The translations under genes were made by a program, and so were the position numbers. A DNA stretch of 36,487 bases. Source: a virus (lineage: Duplodnaviria; Caudoviricetes). The stretch's first letter is position 1. Each line of letters opens with the position of its first letter. Positions 34,487-36,487 of the stretch are shown here, piece after piece. The notes below the pieces were generated by a model that made no database searches, was not told the DNA's origin, and saw nothing but the letters and a program-made list of their open reading frames with translations. The stretch is taken from IMG/VR virus record IMGVR_UViG_3300020043_001112, positions 1 through 36,487 of that record; one strand, written 5' to 3'.

Positions 34487-34979
34487 GTTGGCATTTCGGA
34501 CAAATAACCATCTTTGGGTCTAATTGGTCGAGCTTACCTTGGTCATCTTCTGTTCCAGGTTCAAACATCGGCTCAGATAGAAGCCTTTCAAGTTCCTCAT
34601 TTGAGAAACCCAAAAGCTCTAAGTCAAAACTTTCAAAGTTTAATCCCTCAATCTCAGCCTTCAGCATATCCATGTTCCAGCCAGCGTTTAGAGCAAGCTG
34701 GTTGTCTGCGATGACGAGTGCTTTTTGTTGGGCTTTGGTAAGGTGGTCTAGGGTAATAGCAGGGACACGCTCCAGCCCCAGCTTCTTGGCGGCCATTAGG
34801 CGACCATGCCCAGCGATGATGGTGTTCTCGCTGTTGATTAAGATAGGGTTGGTAAACCCAAACTCTCGGATGCTTGCCGAGATCTGCGTGACTTGCTCGT
34901 CACTATGCGTGCGACTGTTCGCAGCGTAAGGAATTAGGTCGGCAACCGACACATACTGGATCGAAATAGCTTCAGACAT
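34455..34979 (-). CDS. ParB/Srx N-terminal domain protein
   Basis: LIPYAANSRTHS...SIREFGFTNPILI...IIAGHGRL.AA...ADNQL; C-terminal CPKC. Confidence 0.9.
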   Translation of the reverse strand: MSEAISIQYVSVADLIPYAANSRTHSDEQVTQISASIREFGFTNPILINSENTIIAGHGRLMAAKKLGLERVPAITLDHLTKAQQKALVIADNQLALNAGWNMDMLKAEIEGLNFESFDLELLGFSNEELERLLSEPMFEPGTEDDQGKLDQLDPKMVICPKCQHEFDSREATA

Positions 34980-35042
34980 ATCAGGCTTATACTCCGCTTC
35001 TGCCTGAAAAGCTATTTCGTCCTTAGTGTTACGTTTGTCAAC

Positions 35043-35222
35043 TTAACCGCGTTTGATCCTACCCATGGAGCCTTTGAAGCGTCCGCGCTCGTCTCGGTCT
35101 GTGTAGAGTGTAATTTCATCCTGAAGTTCCTCAATCTTTTCACCAAGGTATATAGCACAAACGATATACCCAATGACGAAACCTCCGGCTACGCAACCAC
35201 CATAGATAGCTAGTTCAATCAT
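35043..35222 (-). CDS. Small membrane protein
   Basis: N-terminal TM helix; DRDERGRF motif; start may be 35222 or 35234. Confidence 0.7.
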   Translation of the reverse strand: MIELAIYGGCVAGGFVIGYIVCAIYLGEKIEELQDEITLYTDRDERGRFKGSMGRIKRG

Positions 35223-35385
35223 ATTCTTCTCCATACAATTCCTTGTTAGTTAACACCCATTTCATATCTAGCCGACGAGCTTCTCGGACTAATCCGATGT
35301 ATCTCCTTCTGGCGCGGTCTAGTTGTTCTGGGAGCATCCTCTTTCGATAGTCTACGAACTTGTCGTTCTTTGTCTTGGCATCCAT
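35215..35385 (-). CDS. Small hypothetical protein (56 aa, MDAKTKNDKFVDYRKRMLPEQLDRARRR...)
   Basis: Manual translation; TAATG coupling to the upstream gene. Confidence 0.65.
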   Translation of the reverse strand: MDAKTKNDKFVDYRKRMLPEQLDRARRRYIGLVREARRLDMKWVLTNKELYGEEYD

Positions 35386-35492
35386 TACAGCCGTCCACCA
35401 AACTCCCAGCCAACTCGTGCGCAGAACGCTACAGCCGCTGACAGAACACCAATGGCGAGAACGGCCATCGCAATATCAATTACCTGTTGCAT
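35385..35492 (-). CDS. Small single-TM protein (35 aa, MQQVIDIAMAVLAIGVLSAAVAFCARVGWEFGGRL)
   Basis: Manual translation; GAAGGGG RBS. Confidence 0.65.
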   Translation of the reverse strand: MQQVIDIAMAVLAIGVLSAAVAFCARVGWEFGGRL

Positions 35493-35503
35493 GATTTTCC
35501 CCT

Positions 35504-35725
35504 TCATATTCTTGATACCTTGATGTCGTAAGCCCAGGCGATAGCGTCGATCTGCTGGTCCTCTGTCATGGGGCCGTAGAGCTTCTGGCTGTCAAGTATC
35601 GCTTGACACTCTGCCTTGCTGCTCTGCTCCATCAGCTTCCGGTAGTAGGTGTCGCTCTCTGACTTGTCCGGCAGCTTTGCGATGCTGATCGGCTTGGTCA
35701 TGCGGATCATGATGGCGTTTTTCAT
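35504..35725 (-). CDS. Hypothetical protein
   Basis: ORF track; GGAG RBS; ATGA overlap. Confidence 0.7.
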   Translation of the reverse strand: MKNAIMIRMTKPISIAKLPDKSESDTYYRKLMEQSSKAECQAILDSQKLYGPMTEDQQIDAIAWAYDIKVSRI

Positions 35726-35892
35726 TTTTGTAACTCCATCTTCATCATGTAAAGCCTGTGGTAGTCTTCATTTTTAACGCATCCACATCGCTCACATAAT
35801 TTTTTCGTTACCCATAACTCTCCATCAACCTCATCAATTAAATAAGTATTGTAATGGTGGCCGATGAGCCAACAAACTATACGGCCAATCAT
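35722..35892 (-). CDS. Small Cys/His protein (56 aa, DUF1660-like)
   Basis: Manual translation: MIGRIVCWLIGHHY...LCERCG; ATGA overlaps at both ends. Confidence 0.7.
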   Translation of the reverse strand: MIGRIVCWLIGHHYNTYLIDEVDGELWVTKKLCERCGCVKNEDYHRLYMMKMELQK

Positions 35893-36014
35893 CTTACCAC
35901 CTGAACTGGCTTGCAGCTTGCTACGAGAACCTTGTCGCCTTTCTGCTTTGTAGTGCGCTCAATGACGATGGGCTTTAATCCCTTGATGGCGAGATAGTCG
36001 CGGTAGCTCTTCAC
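35889..36014 (-). CDS. Variant copy of 61-186 protein
   Basis: One amino-acid change (A/T); the other differences are synonymous. Confidence 0.7.
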   Translation of the reverse strand: MKSYRDYLAIKGLKPIVIERTTKQKGDKVLVASCKPVQVVR

Positions 36015-36103
36015 AGCGCCAACTCCTTCGTCAGAGCGATAACTACGCAAGCGCCGATAAATGCGCTGCAGGCAAAACAAATGATAGCTTCCTTGAGTGT
36101 CAT
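36011..36103 (-). CDS. Variant copy of 183-275 TM peptide
   Basis: Frame preserved. Confidence 0.7.
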   Translation of the reverse strand: MTLKEAIICFACSAFIGACVVIALTKELAL

Positions 36104-36115
36104 GTCTACTCTCCC

Positions 36116-36271
36116 TTACCAGCTTTGCTGCTTCATTGCGTTAACCAAGTCTTCCATCACATCTGCTGCGAACTGCCACTCCTTCTTTTCGTCGAAGGCG
36201 TAACGAATGTCGGCGATGTCATCCTCAATGAACTTGATGATAGCGTTCAGTGAAACTTGCTTGTCTTCCAT
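36116..36271 (-). CDS. Variant copy of 288-443 protein
   Basis: MEDKQVSLNAIIKFIEDDIADIRYAFDEKKEWQFAADVMEDLVNAMKQQSW. Confidence 0.8.
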   Translation of the reverse strand: MEDKQVSLNAIIKFIEDDIADIRYAFDEKKEWQFAADVMEDLVNAMKQQSW

Positions 36272-36292
36272 GTCTAATGATCCTCCCGTCTA

Positions 36293-36469
36293 TTAGTGTG
36301 ATGGTTTGCGCGGACAACGGCGCAGGCTAAGTGCATACTGAGCATCACCCCAACGTAGGCTTAGAAAGCGATCAATAGGACGCGGCTGGCTGCAAATGTC
36401 TTCCAAGACGCTTAATGGAAGGCTCTTTATTTCTAACATATCTAAATATGCGATGTCTTTTAACGTCAT
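36293..36469 (-). CDS. Extra cassette gene (58 aa, MTLKDIAYLDMLEIKSLPLSVLEDICSQPRP...)
   Basis: Manual translation; starts at the shared GAGGAGTTAGACATG leader; absent from the left copy. Confidence 0.65.
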   Translation of the reverse strand: MTLKDIAYLDMLEIKSLPLSVLEDICSQPRPIDRFLSLRWGDAQYALSLRRCPRKPSH

Positions 36470-36487
36470 GTCTAACTCCTCTTCGTG

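Larger units (their letters stand above)
35829..36487. repeat. Right copy of terminal repeat, with a 198-bp extra segment
   Basis: Matches 1-461 with substitutions and an insertion between two CATGTCTAA motifs. Confidence 0.95.

Noticed and set aside
34455-34979. Plasmid-prophage partition system
   Set aside because: Only the ParB N-terminal domain is present, with no ParA or HTH; the context is DNA modification and packaging.
34981-35041. Late promoter upstream of parB-N
   Set aside because: TTGACA is present (35041-35036) but there is no convincing -10 at 16-18 bp, so support is insufficient.

Overview
The window reads as an essentially complete tailed-phage genome, probably podovirus-like, of about 35.8 kb if circularised: positions 1-449 recur, diverged, at 35829-36277. 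A GapR/DUF2312 gene and strong GANTC depletion point to an alphaproteobacterial host. It has four blocks: (i) a leftward replication/regulation block (Cro-like HTH, DUF1064, DnaA-C-like, DUF1376 initiator with internal iterons); (ii) a rightward recombination block (ERF, YqaJ exonuclease, C5-MTase, GapR, SSB); (iii) a long leftward late block (ParB-N, Mom-like, TerS, TerL, portal, scaffold, capsid, adaptor, fibres, sulfotransferase, a secreted-protein module, lysis genes, phosphoesterase, nozzle, ejection proteins, SLT); (iv) a leftward array of tiny genes at the ends. I recognised no integrase, CI repressor, DNA polymerase or helicase. The main novel signal is a D-armless tRNA-Gly-like RNA (33798-33866, minus strand) embedded in the 3' end of the mom-like gene. 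It carries the bacterial GlyRS identity elements and an encoded CCA, and may be a dedicated glycine donor for DNA adenine hypermodification. Other leads are three structured small-RNA candidates, a variable early-gene cassette and an uncharacterised secreted Asn/Thr-rich + NIDO-like module. All family assignments come from motif recognition by eye, without database searches.
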